From assembly GCA_035084275.1 (NCBI GenBank), contig CM068757.1:15810001-15874000 (forward strand): a stretch of 64,000 bases of DNA. The letters run 5' to 3'. Positions within the stretch are counted from its first letter, which is position 1. The number at the start of each line of letters is the position of its first letter. The DNA is from Hydrolagus colliei (lineage: Eukaryota). Under the pieces are notes generated by a model, which worked only from the letters and a program-made list of their open reading frames with translations, did no database searches and had not been told where the DNA came from. Of the stretch, positions 43,001 to 58,000 are shown in pieces. A program made the position numbers and the translations under genes.

Positions 43001-46000
43001 AGAAACATCAACAGCCACGACTTTGATATCAGGTATAAACGAGCAGAAGCTTCTCTCTTCCCATTTACGGTACAATGTCCTCTTTGTCCACCTGTGATTC
43101 AAACTTCCATTAACTATTTGCCATCCTGTAAGAACACAGCCTCAATGAGCATTAGACAAACGATATGTCCTTTCCACTATGTCCTGCAAGAATCACATAG
43201 ACCATTTTTTCACGTGTAATTTAAATATTGGATTTCTTTCTTCTTGTTAGTGCTGCTGGAGGGAAACAGCCAATTTTATCCCTGCAGCAGATACCAGCTT
43301 CTACCCATTACCTGGTGACCGCTGGGCAAGAAACATTTCCAAATCTTGTTGAGGGCACAACCACAGGAATTGAGTCACTAGATATTGAAAGGAGACTCTT
43401 AGCATGATGCTGTAACTTGCCTCATTCATTCACGTTTTTCCACTCAATTGTAAACCCTTCAATGTACTGCAGACATTGTCATGCACAGACCAATGAGAAG
43501 GTTGTGTGTTCACACAGCTAGTGCTACCAGCATGTAGAAAGATATTAAACAGATGATTGTGTTCAACTTGAAGCATTTTTTTTTCAAATTTGATGAGTGA
43601 TTTAGGAGAACTGCACATTATACTTGTGCACCAGATCACTTTTGCTAAGCAGCGTCTCTTTTCCAATGCTGTCAGCAGCATTCACCACAGAGCCATCGAC
43701 AACTTTCTCAACAACCACAGTTATTTGTGTTACTGTCAGTGCCTTTGTCAACCTTCACTTCAATACAATGTCCTCGTAAGAATAGCCACTATGATAACTT
43801 AACCTCTATTTCTACTAAAAGTTGATGCAATATGTTTCTCATCATTACATTCTAGCACCAACAACAACTACTACAACAGCAGCCCCCACTACAATAACAG
43901 GTAAACAAAGAACAAATTCCAACTCTCCATTCCAGAACAAACATCTTATTAACTATAAACTTCCATTGTATATTTGCCATCCTGTAAGAATGCAGCCTCT
44001 ATGATCATTACACAAACGATGTGTCCTGTCCCTTATGTCCTACTGGATTCACATGGACCACATTTTTAAATGTACGTTAGATATTGGGTTTCTTTCTTCT
44101 TGTTATTGGTGATGGAGGGAAACAGCTGATATTAATCCTGCAGCAGTCACCAGCTTCTACCCATTTTATGGTTAGTGCCCGGCAGACATCACTTCCAAAT
44201 CTTGTTGAATGTATAACCACAGGAATTGTGCCACTAACTATTCAAAGGAGCCTCTTCGTGCGATGTTCCGACTTGCTTCATTCATTCACTCATGTTTTTC
44301 GACTCAATTGTACATCCTTCTATTTACTGCAGGCAGTGTCCGGAACACAGCACCAAGTAAGTGTTGTCTTCACACACCTTGTGCTACGGGGATCTAGGAA
44401 GGTATTAAACAGATGATTAATTTGATCTTGAGGGGTTTATCTTTTGAAACTCGATGAATGATTTAGCAGACTTGAACATCAGACATGTGCACAAGATCAC
44501 ATTTGCTAAGCAATGCCTCTTATCTAATATTGTCAGCAGCATTCCCCACAGAGTCTTCGACAACATTCTCTACAACAACAGGTATTTGTGAAATTGTCAG
44601 TCTTGGTGTCTTCATCAATCTTTACTTTGATACAAAACAGCAACTATCATATGCTAACCTCGAATTCTGTTGAAGGTTGATGCAATATATTTATCCTCAA
44701 CCTCTTACTTTCTAGCACCAACAACTAAAACATCAACAACCCCCTCTACGACAGCAGCTAAACAAAGAACAACTTCCAACTCTACATTTCCTGAGCAAAC
44801 ATCTACTTGATTGTCTTCACATTTCTCTATTACAGTCACAATCGCCCTCCTTTAACTCATTGTTGTCTCATTCTCTACGATTTTCACAGGATGCGCACGC
44901 ATGTCTTCATCAACAACCACCACTGAAACTGGTGAGGAACAGCACATTTCTACAGACGCAACTGTTACATATCACATAGAGAAATCAGGCTACAAGAATC
45001 CTGCCATTGGCTTTGCCCAGAACAGCAGCCACTCTCCCAGTATCAATGCCAAACACTAGCTCAAACTTCAGCTTCAAGCAACTGAAAGAGGAGAATCATC
45101 TGAAGCATTCAGTCCGATTGCTCCACATTGATTCCTTCAAATTCTCACTTTAGAGCAACATCAGTGCTCTAAATTCAACTACTTGAATTACCCATGCACA
45201 CTTTGTCCAGAGCAGTCTCCAATGCCCATTTTTCCATTGATACTATGTTGAATGGAAACACTTGAAGCTTGCTTCTGGAGATTCCTGGAAGAATCCTTTT
45301 CAAGAAGCAGCACAGCTGCTAATGAACAACACACCTGGCACTGCCACATTGCCTCTATTGTGTATCAATAGCAGCAGTAAACCACATCACCAGCCACTCC
45401 ATTTTCTTTCACTGCTGTGACATTAATTGTGCCCATTCATGCTGCTAACTCCATTGAAAGATAAACACTGGCTGAAAGAATCACATTCCTTTCTGTGCTT
45501 TCCAATCTTTCCAACTTTCTATTCCAACAGAAACATCAACAGCCACGACTTCGACATCAGGTACACAAAGAGCAGAAGCTTCTCTCCTCCCATTTGTGGT
45601 GCAAACTTCCATTATCTATTTGCCATCCTGTAAGAATGTAGCCCCTATGAGCATTAGACTAATGATATGACCTTTCCCTTATGTCCTGTTGGAATCACAT
45701 GGACCACTTTTTTAGATATTGGGTTTCTTTCTTCTTGTTAGTGCTGATGGAGTTAAACAGCCAATTTTAACCCTGTGGTAGATACCAGCTTCTACCCGTT
45801 ACCTGATAACCACTGTGCCATAAACATTTCCAAATCTTGTTGCGGGCATAACCACAGGAATTGTGCCAATAGACATTGAAAGGAGACTCTTAGCATGATG
45901 CTGTAACTTGCCTCATTCATTTACGTTTTTCCACTCAATTGTAAAACCTTCGATGTACTGCAGACATTGTCATGGAAACACCAATAAGAAAGTTGTGTAT

Positions 46001-49000
46001 TCACACAGCTAGCACTACCAGGATGTAGAACGATATCAAACAGATAATTCAATTGAACTTGAAGGGATTTTCTTTTGAAATTTGATGAGTGATTTAGGAG
46101 AACTGCACATTATTCTTGTGCACCAGATCACTTTTGCTAAGCAATGTCTCTTTTCCAATGTTGTCAGCAGAATTCACCACAGAGCCATCGACAACCTTCT
46201 CTACAACAACAGGTATTTGTGTTATTGTCAGTCCTGGTGCCTTCGTCAACCTTCAATTCAAAACAGTGTCCTCGTAAATATAGCCACTATGATATCTTAA
46301 CCACTATTGCTACTGAAAGTTGCTGCAATATATTAAACAGATGATTGAATTGAACTGTGTGATATCTCTGGGACTACAATTATCACACATGTTCACGCTG
46401 CAATGTTCTGGGAAACGACTGCACACATCATGTGATTTATTTACATTTATTTCCACGGTCACTAGATGGCGCTATCACGGCTCCTCCCTCCTTAATGAAG
46501 AAATTATGAAAAAGTTACAATTACTGACATTCAAAACACGATGCTATGTACAATTGTTTTTCTACATATGTACAATTTATAAATACATACGTACAATTTA
46601 TGTATATTATCATGTTCAAACTGTGACACATCCAATGAAAATTCAAACTTGACTTCTGGTTTCCTACTTTCCCTGTCCAAAAGTTTTAGGACTCATGGTA
46701 GCACTCGGACTTTTAGAACTCATGGTAACACTCGGACTTGCCATGTGTCCAGTCTGGTATTCATCTTGACTTTCACTCCTAGTCTCCAGTTACTCAGTCA
46801 GGCTCTTGACTATCACCTGGAACTAAACCCTCACCTTCATTCACACTTGAATTCTGGTTTTCTGTTAAGTCCTCTGTTACCATTACTGACTTGTTCATTG
46901 GTCTAAAACTATTTGGTTGATTAGATTTATCCATTTCTCTCCACTCTTCCGGTACTTGTGTAGGTAAGATGTGATCAATATGGACAAATCTGAGTTTGCC
47001 ACTTTCAAACATCCTGACCAAATAGGTGCGCGGTCCACATACTTTCACTAATCTTCCTGGTACCCACTTTACCCATTTGTGATGATGGTTCTTCACTTTA
47101 ACTTTTTTATTTATCTCCATCTTTCTGTCTTTCACCCTTACTCCATCATGGTTCTCTCTCTGCCTCTCCTGTTTTCCATCTACCGTTTGTGCTAAATTGG
47201 GATACAACAATGAAAATCTTGTTCTCGGGTGTCTTTTTAGGAACACGTCAGCCGGTGTTCTGCCTGTAGTGGTGTGAAGTGTCTTACGATACGTTATCAG
47301 AAAGTTGGCTGGTTTGTGAGGCAATGATAATTGACTTTGGGGTTGCATCTCGCATTTGCTAACCTAGCGTCCGTTTGACAATTTGCACATTGCGCTCCGA
47401 AGCACCATTCAAAGCTGGATGGTATGCAGCTACTCTAGTGTGCTTCACACCATTCTTTTCCATGCATTGCGCGAACTCTTCTGAACAGAACTGTGGTCCA
47501 TTGTCAGACACGATTTCCTCTGGAAATCCATATGAAGCAAACGACCCTCTAACAATATCCAGTTTTGCTAGATATTGTTGTGTTCATCGGAAACACCTCA
47601 ACCCACTTGGAATGACAATGTATCACAATGAACAACTACTATCCATCTAGATCAGCAAAATCTATCTGTAACCTTTGCCACACTCTGGCTGGCCATTTCC
47701 AGGACCGTAGTGGTACTGTTAGTGGACTCCTTCCAACCGACTCACATACACTACACTGTTTTACTGTGTTTTCAATGTATTTATCCAACCCTGGCCACCA
47801 TAAGTAGTTCTAGCTAGACTCTTGGTCAGACACATCCCTCGGTGTTGATCATGAAGATCACCGAAAAACTGTTCTCTGTACCTTTCAGGGATAACAACTC
47901 TAGCTCCCCACATGACACATCCTTGGTCATTTGACAATTCATGTCTCCTAACAAAGTATGGCCTAATTTCTTCTTCTGTCTCAGTTATATGACTAGGCCA
48001 CCCACTCACAATATAGTCATGCACCTTGGATAAAACCCTGTCCCTACGAGTTGTCTTGCTGATGTCACTTGATGTGACTGGCAGCTCCTCAATATGGGAA
48101 AAATAGAACACATCTTCCCTGTTGGATTTCATTTCTGATGCTAAGGGTAACTTCGACATTGCATCGGCATTACCATGGTCTGCTGACCTACGATATTGTA
48201 AGTCATACTGGTATGCTGACAAGATCAATGAACATCTTTGCATTCTGGCTGCTGCTAGAGTAGGTACCTGTGATTTTGGATTTAGGATTGCTGTCAAAGG
48301 TTTATGGTCTGTTTCAATGATGAATTTGCGACCATACAGTATTTGTGGAATCTCCTAGCTCCAAAAATCAAGGCCAAAGCTTCTCTCTCTATTTGGGCGT
48401 AGTTTTTCTCACGACTACTCAGGGTTCTAGAAGCGAACGCCCCTGTTTCAAATGCATCAGAGATAACTGCACCAACCCCGTATGGGGGGGCGTCACATGC
48501 TAGGCTTGATGGTCTTTGTGACATCATAGTGTACCAGCATTGTACCATCTATTAGATGTTTTTTACACGACTTGAAAGCCTGGTCACATTCACGTGTCCA
48601 TTTACATGGCACATCTTTCTTCAAAAGCTCATCCGAGGGGTGTATAAAGGTTGACAAATTTGGAATGAATTTTCCATAATAATTCAACAATCCCAAGAAT
48701 GATCGTAGCTCAGATGTGTTTCTGGGAATGGGCGCGTTCCTGATCGCATTGACCTTACTCTGAGTTGGGTGCAACCCATCTTTGTCTACCTTGAGCCCTA
48801 GGTACTCTAAAGACTCTTTAAACATCTCACATTTGTGAGCCTTGACGCATACTTGGAGTTTCTCTAACCTTTGTTACACCATGTGTAGCCTTTCGTCATC
48901 AACCTGCCTATTTGGCGCAGAGATGACTATGTCATCAAGGTAGCATATTACCCCATCGATTCCCTCTAGAATCTGAGTCATGAACCCTTGGAAAATTCCT

Positions 49001-52000
49001 GGGCTTGACGCAACGCCAAATGGTAGCCTATTGTATTGATACAGGCCCATATGAGTGTTGATAGTCAAGTACGCCTTTGACTTCTCATCTAGCTCTAACT
49101 GTTAATAGACTTTTGACAAGTCCATTTTAGAACATACTTTACCACCTACCAATGTGTTGAACAAATCTTCTACGTTTGGTAACGTGTCAGGTGGACTACA
49201 CTCCAGAACTCGATTCACTGTTACCTTGTAGTCCCCACAGATTCTGATACTACCGTCAGATTTTGGAACTACAACAATGGAAGTAGTCCAATTACTTTGT
49301 TGTACTTTACTGATAATGTTCTCCTTTTCCAGTCTTTTCAGTTCTTTTTCTACTTTTTCTCTCATTGCGTATGGCACTGGGCGTGGCTTATAGTGCCTTG
49401 TACGTGGGCCTTGCTTCACCTTGCACTCCTAAACTTGCTTTGTATCCGCTGATGGGTGCACCGGATTCACTGAACACCGTTGAATGCTTTTTTTCCCTCT
49501 CTTCCTGTATTGTGAACGAGATTTGCACAGGGAAAGTTTCTTGCCAATCTAATTTCAGCGAGTTCATCCAATTTTTACCAAGTAATGCTGTTTTTTCTCA
49601 CTTCACCACAAGAATTGGCAAATCTGCACATTGATCCTTGTATTTAACTGGAACACACACTCTACCCAAAACTGGGATGATCTCTCCTCCATAGTTGCGC
49701 AGCTCGACCCTTGCTGTTTGTAGCTTATTTTTGCTCAACTTTTCTCGGTGCAGTTTTTCAGACACCACACTGACTGCTGCTCCAGTATCAACTTCCATGA
49801 TTACTGGGACTCCATCCAATGTTACTTGGACCTTGATGCTATGCAATTTGCTACTGGATGCTTTTGTGTTGTAGATCATGTTGATCTCCACTGGCTCCTC
49901 AGAGTCCTCACTCTCCTGGTGTCGCTCAACCGTATGCAGAAACTGACGTCTTTTCTTGACCGCATTCGTCCGCTTCGACTTGAAACAAGCCTTTGCAAGA
50001 TGCCCAGTCTTATGGCACGAATATCACTCCACTTTCGTCAAAAGGCAAGATTGTGCTGGATGAGAACCCAGACATCGATAGCATGACTTTGAACTCGTCC
50101 CGCTACTCTTCCCTCGTGGTCGATTCACAAGTGCTTTGAATTTCACTTTGCACACCTGCAGCTGTTGACCTCCCCCACTGTTAGGCAATAGCTTGCTCGA
50201 ACTTCTTTTGAATCTCTCTCAGCCATGTCCATAGACAAGGCAGTTTTACATGCTAACTCAAATGTTAGCTGTGACATTGTCATTAATTTGCTTTGGATAC
50301 GGTCGCTCTTCAGTCTGCACACAAACCTATCTCGTAATGCAAGGTCCTGGAAATCTCCAAAATTGCAGTGTATCGACAGCTTTTTCAATGCTACGAAAAA
50401 ACTGCCAATGGTTTCCTCTGGTAATTGACATCTGGCACCAAATCGGTAACTCTCTGCAATCTCTAATGGCTTTGGGTCATAGTGTTCTGTAAGCTTTTCA
50501 AGGATGTCCTTCAATGGGGTGTCCTTAGGCTTAGTTGGGGTTAACAAATTCTTCACTGTTTCATACACATCGGGACCCACTTCTGTCAGAAAGATTGCTC
50601 TCATTCTTTCTTGCACTGCTGTATTTACACTTCCAGAATTATCTTCAGCAGCTTCAATTTCAACAATATTATTGGCAGCAAAGAACATCTCCAAACGCTC
50701 AATCTAAGCACTAAACATTTCCCGGCTTTGTTGAAACTCACCCAATTGTCCGATGTATCCGATGGGAGTCTTCATTTGGGGATTTTTTTTATCAGTACCA
50801 CCACACGTGAACACAAACCTTACTGGATTTGTAGCTCTCAATCAAAATGAAAGTATTCACAGACCTCTAGGCACTTTGTAGAGACCTTCTCCTACAAACA
50901 GACATAGCTAGGGAATCCACTATCCCATCCTCATCACCAATTTGTGATATATCTGGGACTACAAGTATCAGAAACGTTCAGGCTGCAATGTTATGGAAAA
51001 CAACTGCACATATCATGTGGTTTATTTACATTTCTATACACTGGTCAGCAGATGGCACTCTCACAAACCTGAAGTTTCTTTTGAAATTGGATGATGCTTT
51101 AGGAGAACTGCACATTATACTTGTGCACCAGATCATTTTTGCTAAGCAATCTCTCTTTTCCAATGTTGTCAACAGCATTCACCACAGAGCCATCGACAAC
51201 CTTCTCTACAACCACAGGTAGTTGTGTTATTATCAGTCCTGGAAACCTTGGCAAACTTCACTTCAATACAGAGTCCTCGTAAAAATAGCCACTATGATAA
51301 CTTATCCTCTATTTCTACTGCAATTTGATGCAATATATTTCTCATCATTGTATTCTAACACCAACAACTGCAACAGCAGCAGCCCCCACTACAATAACAG
51401 GTAAACAAAGAACAAATTCCAACTCTCCATTCCAGAACAAACATCTTATTAACTATAAACTTCCATTGTATATTTGCCATCCTGTAAGAATGCAGCCTCT
51501 ATGATCATTACACAAACGATGTGTCCTGTCCCTTATGTCCTACTGGATTCACATGGACCACATTTTTAAATGTACGTTAGATATTGGGTTTCTTTCGTCT
51601 TGTTATTGGTGATGGAGGGAAACAGCTGATATTAATCCTGCAGCAGTCACCAGCTTCTACCCATTTTATGGTTAGTGCCCGGCAGACATCACTTCCAAAT
51701 CTTGTTGAATGTATAACCACAGGAATTGTGCCACTAACTATTCAAAGGAGCCTCTTCGTGCGATGTTCCGACTTGCTTCATTCATTCACTCATGTTTTTC
51801 GACTCAATTGTACATCCTTCTATTTACTGCAGGCGATGTCCAGAACACACCAGCAAGTAAGTGTTGTCTTCACACACCTTGTGCTACGGGGATCTAGGAA
51901 GATATTAAACAGATGATTAATTTGATCTTGAGGGGTTTATCTTTTGAAACTCGATGAATGATTTAGCAGACTTGAACATCAGACATGTGCACAAGATCAC

Positions 52001-55000
52001 ATTTGCTAAGCAATGCCTCTTATCTAATATTGTCAGCAGCATTCCCCACAGAGTCTTCGACAACATTCTCTACAACAACAGGTATTTGTGAAATTGTCAG
52101 TCTTGGTGTCTTCATCAATCTTTAATACAAAACAGCAACTATCATATGCTAACCTCGAATTCTGTTGAAGGTTGATGCAATATATTTATCCTCAACCTCT
52201 TACTTTCTAGCACCAACAACTAAAACATCAACAACCCCCTCTACGACAGCAGCTAAACAAAGAACAACTTCCAACTCTACATTTCCTGAGCAAACATCTA
52301 CTTGATTGTCTTCACATTTCTCTATTACAGTCACAATCGCCCTCCTTTAACTCATTGTTGTCTCATTCTCTACGATTTTCACAGGATGCGCACGCATGTC
52401 TTCATCAACAACCACCACTGAAACTGGTGAGGAACAGCACATTTCTACAGACGCAACTGTTACATATCACATAGAGAAATCAGGCTACAAGAATCCTGCC
52501 ATTGGCTTTGCCCAGAACAGCAGCCACTCTCCCAGTATCAATGCCAAACACTAGCTCAAACTTCAGCTTCAAGCAACTGAAAGAGGAGAATCATCTGAAG
52601 CATTCAGTCCGATTGCTCCACATTGATTCCTTCAAATTCTCACTTTAGAGCAACATCAGTGCTCTAAATTCAACTACTTGAATTACCCATGCACACTTTG
52701 TCCAGAGCAGTCTCCAATGCCCATTTTTCCATTGATACTATGTTGAATGGAAACACTTGAAGCTTGCTTCTGGAGATTCCTGGAAGAATCCTTTTCAAGA
52801 AGCAGCACAGCTGCTAATGAACAACACACCTGGCACTGCCACATTGCCTCTATTGTGTATCAATAGCAGCAGTAAACCACATCACCAGCCACTCCATTTT
52901 CTTTCACTGCTGTGACATTAATTGTGCCCATTCATGCTGCTAACTCCATTGAAAGATAAACACTGGCTGAAAGAATCACATTCCTTTCTGTGCTTTCCAA
53001 TCTTTCCAACTTTCTATTCCAACAGAAACATCAACAGCCACGACTTCGACATCAGGTACACAAAGAGCAGAAGCTTCTCTCCTCCCATTTGTGGTGCAAA
53101 CTTCCATTATCTATTTGCCATCCTGTAAGAATGTAGCCCCTATGAGCATTAGACTAATGATATGACCTTTCCCTTATGTCCTGTTGGAATCACATGGACC
53201 ACTTTTTTAGATATTGGGTTTCTTTCTTCTTGTTAGTGCTGATGGAGTTAAACAGCCAATTTTAACCCTGTGGTAGATACCAGCTTCTACCCGTTACCTG
53301 ATAACCACTGTGCCATAAACATTTCCAAATCTTGTTGCGGGCATAACCACAGGAATTGTGCCAATAGACATTGAAAGGAGACTCTTAGCATGATGCTGTA
53401 ACTTGCCTCATTCATTTACGTTTTTCCACTCAATTGTAAAACCTTCGATGTACTGCAGACATTGTCATGGAAACACCAATAAGAAAGTTGTGTATTCACA
53501 CAGCTAGCACTACCAGGATGTAGAACGATATCAAACAGATAATTCAATTGAACTTGAAGGGATTTTCTTTTGAAATTTGATGAGTGATTTAGGAGAACTG
53601 CACATTATTCTTGTGCACCAGATCACTTTTGCTAAGCAATGTCTCTTTTCCAATGTTGTCAGCAGAATTCACCACAGAGCCATCGACAACCTTCTCTACA
53701 ACAACAGGTATTTGTGTTATTGTCAGTCCTGGTGCCTTCGTCAACCTTCAATTCAAAACAGTGTCCTCGTAAATATAGCCACTATGATATCTTAACCACT
53801 ATTGCTACTGAAAGTTGCTGCAATATATTAAACAGATGATTGAATTGAACTGTGTGATATCTCTGGGACTACAATTATCACACATGTTCACGCTGCAATG
53901 TTCTGGGAAACGACTGCACACATCATGTGATTTATTTACATTTATTTCCACGGTCACTAGATGGCGCTATCACGGCTCCTCCCTCCTTAATGAAGAAATT
54001 ATGAAAAAGTTACAATTACTGACATTCAAAACACGATGCTATGTACAATTGTTTTTCTACATATGTACAATTTATAAATACATACGTACAATTTATGTAT
54101 ATTATCATGTTCAAACTGTGACACATCCAATGAAAATTCAAACTTGACTTCTGGTTTCCTACTTTCCCTGTCCAAAAGTTTTAGGACTCATGGTAGCACT
54201 CGGACTTTTAGAACTCATGGTAACACTCGGACTTGCCATGTGTCCAGTCTGGTATTCATCTTGACTTTCACTCCTAGTCTCCAGTTACTCAGTCAGGCTC
54301 TTGACTATCACCTGGAACTAAACCCTCACCTTCATTCACACTTGAATTCTGGTTTTCTGTTAAGTCCTCTGTTACCATTACTGACTTGTTCATTGGTCTA
54401 AAACTATTTGGTTGATTAGATTTATCCATTTCTCTCCACTCTTCCGGTACTTGTGTAGGTAAGATGTGATCAATATGGACAAATCTGAGTTTGCCACTTT
54501 CAAACATCCTGACCAAATAGGTGCGCGGTCCACATACTTTCACTAATCTTCCTGGTACCCACTTTACCCATTTGTGATGATGGTTCTTCACTTTAACTTT
54601 TTTATTTATCTCCATCTTTCTGTCTTTCACCCTTACTCCATCATGGTTCTCTCTCTGCCTCTCCTGTTTTCCATCTACCGTTTGTGCTAAATTGGGATAC
54701 AACAATGAAAATCTTGTTCTCGGGTGTCTTTTTAGGAACACGTCAGCCGGTGTTCTGCCTGTAGTGGTGTGAAGTGTCTTACGATACGTTATCAGAAAGT
54801 TGGCTGGTTTGTGAGGCAATGATAATTGACTTTGGGGTTGCATCTCGCATTTGCTAACCTAGCGTCCGTTTGACAATTTGCACATTGCGCTCCGAAGCAC
54901 CATTCAAAGCTGGATGGTATGCAGCTACTCTAGTGTGCTTCACACCATTCTTTTCCATGCATTGCGCGAACTCTTCTGAACAGAACTGTGGTCCATTGTC

Positions 55001-58000
55001 AGACACGATTTCCTCTGGAAATCCATATGAAGCAAACGACCCTCTAACAATATCCAGTTTTGCTAGATATTGTTGTGTTCATCGGAAACACCTCAACCCA
55101 CTTGGAATGACAATGTATCACAATGAACAACTACTATCCATCTAGATCAGCAAAATCTATCTGTAACCTTTGCCACACTCTGGCTGGCCATTTCCAGGAC
55201 CGTAGTGGTACTGTTAGTGGACTCCTTCCAACCGACTCACATACACTACACTGTTTTACTGTGTTTTCAATGTATTTATCCAACCCTGGCCACCATAAGT
55301 AGTTCTAGCTAGACTCTTGGTCAGACACATCCCTCGGTGTTGATCATGAAGATCACCGAAAAACTGTTCTCTGTACCTTTCAGGGATAACAACTCTAGCT
55401 CCCCACATGACACATCCTTGGTCATTTGACAATTCATGTCTCCTAACAAAGTATGGCCTAATTTCTTCTTCTGTCTCAGTTATATGACTAGGCCACCCAC
55501 TCACAATATAGTCATGCACCTTGGATAAAACCCTGTCCCTACGAGTTGTCTTGCTGATGTCACTTGATGTGACTGGCAGCTCCTCAATATGGGAAAAATA
55601 GAACACATCTTCCCTGTTGGATTTCATTTCTGATGCTAAGGGTAACTTCGACATTGCATCGGCATTACCATGGTCTGCTGACCTACGATATTGTAAGTCA
55701 TACTGGTATGCTGACAAGATCAATGAACATCTTTGCATTCTGGCTGCTGCTAGAGTAGGTACCTGTGATTTTGGATTTAGGATTGCTGTCAAAGGTTTAT
55801 GGTCTGTTTCAATGATGAATTTGCGACCATACAGTATTTGTGGAATCTCCTAGCTCCAAAAATCAAGGCCAAAGCTTCTCTCTCTATTTGGGCGTAGTTT
55901 TTCTCACGACTACTCAGGGTTCTAGAAGCGAACGCCCCTGTTTCAAATGCATCAGAGATAACTGCACCAACCCCGTATGGGGGGGCGTCACATGCTAGGC
56001 TTGATGGTCTTTGTGACATCATAGTGTACCAGCATTGTACCATCTATTAGATGTTTTTTACACGACTTGAAAGCCTGGTCACATTCACGTGTCCATTTAC
56101 ATGGCACATCTTTCTTCAAAAGCTCATCCGAGGGGTGTATAAAGGTTGACAAATTTGGAATGAATTTTCCATAATAATTCAACAATCCCAAGAATGATCG
56201 TAGCTCAGATGTGTTTCTGGGAATGGGCGCGTTCCTGATCGCATTGACCTTACTCTGAGTTGGGTGCAACCCATCTTTGTCTACCTTGAGCCCTAGGTAC
56301 TCTAAAGACTCTTTAAACATCTCACATTTGTGAGCCTTGACGCATACTTGGAGTTTCTCTAACCTTTGTTACACCATGTGTAGCCTTTCGTCATCAACCT
56401 GCCTATTTGGCGCAGAGATGACTATGTCATCAAGGTAGCATATTACCCCATCGATTCCCTCTAGAATCTGAGTCATGAACCCTTGGAAAATTCCTGGGCT
56501 TGACGCAACGCCAAATGGTAGCCTATTGTATTGATACAGGCCCATATGAGTGTTGATAGTCAAGTACGCCTTTGACTTCTCATCTAGCTCTAACTGTTAA
56601 TAGACTTTTGACAAGTCCATTTTAGAACATACTTTACCACCTACCAATGTGTTGAACAAATCTTCTACGTTTGGTAACGTGTCAGGTGGACTACACTCCA
56701 GAACTCGATTCACTGTTACCTTGTAGTCCCCACAGATTCTGATACTACCGTCAGATTTTGGAACTACAACAATGGAAGTAGTCCAATTACTTTGTTGTAC
56801 TTTACTGATAATGTTCTCCTTTTCCAGTCTTTTCAGTTCTTTTTCTACTTTTTCTCTCATTGCGTATGGCACTGGGCGTGGCTTATAGTGCCTTGTACGT
56901 GGGCCTTGCTTCACCTTGCACTCCTAAACTTGCTTTGTATCCGCTGATGGGTGCACCGGATTCACTGAACACCGTTGAATGCTTTTTTTCCCTCTCTTCC
57001 TGTATTGTGAACGAGATTTGCACAGGGAAAGTTTCTTGCCAATCTAATTTCAGCGAGTTCATCCAATTTTTACCAAGTAATGCTGTTTTTTCTCACTTCA
57101 CCACAAGAATTGGCAAATCTGCACATTGATCCTTGTATTTAACTGGAACACACACTCTACCCAAAACTGGGATGATCTCTCCTCCATAGTTGCGCAGCTC
57201 GACCCTTGCTGTTTGTAGCTTATTTTTGCTCAACTTTTCTCGGTGCAGTTTTTCAGACACCACACTGACTGCTGCTCCAGTATCAACTTCCATGATTACT
57301 GGGACTCCATCCAATGTTACTTGGACCTTGATGCTATGCAATTTGCTACTGGATGCTTTTGTGTTGTAGATCATGTTGATCTCCACTGGCTCCTCAGAGT
57401 CCTCACTCTCCTGGTGTCGCTCAACCGTATGCAGAAACTGACGTCTTTTCTTGACCGCATTCGTCCGCTTCGACTTGAAACAAGCCTTTGCAAGATGCCC
57501 AGTCTTATGGCACGAATATCACTCCACTTTCGTCAAAAGGCAAGATTGTGCTGGATGAGAACCCAGACATCGATAGCATGACTTTGAACTCGTCCCGCTA
57601 CTCTTCCCTCGTGGTCGATTCACAAGTGCTTTGAATTTCACTTTGCACACCTGCAGCTGTTGACCTCCCCCACTGTTAGGCAATAGCTTGCTCGAACTTC
57701 TTTTGAATCTCTCTCAGCCATGTCCATAGACAAGGCAGTTTTACATGCTAACTCAAATGTTAGCTGTGACATTGTCATTAATTTGCTTTGGATACGGTCG
57801 CTCTTCAGTCTGCACACAAACCTATCTCGTAATGCAAGGTCCTGGAAATCTCCAAAATTGCAGTGTATCGACAGCTTTTTCAATGCTACGAAAAAACTGC
57901 CAATGGTTTCCTCTGGTAATTGACATCTGGCACCAAATCGGTAACTCTCTGCAATCTCTAATGGCTTTGGGTCATAGTGTTCTGTAAGCTTTTCAAGGAT

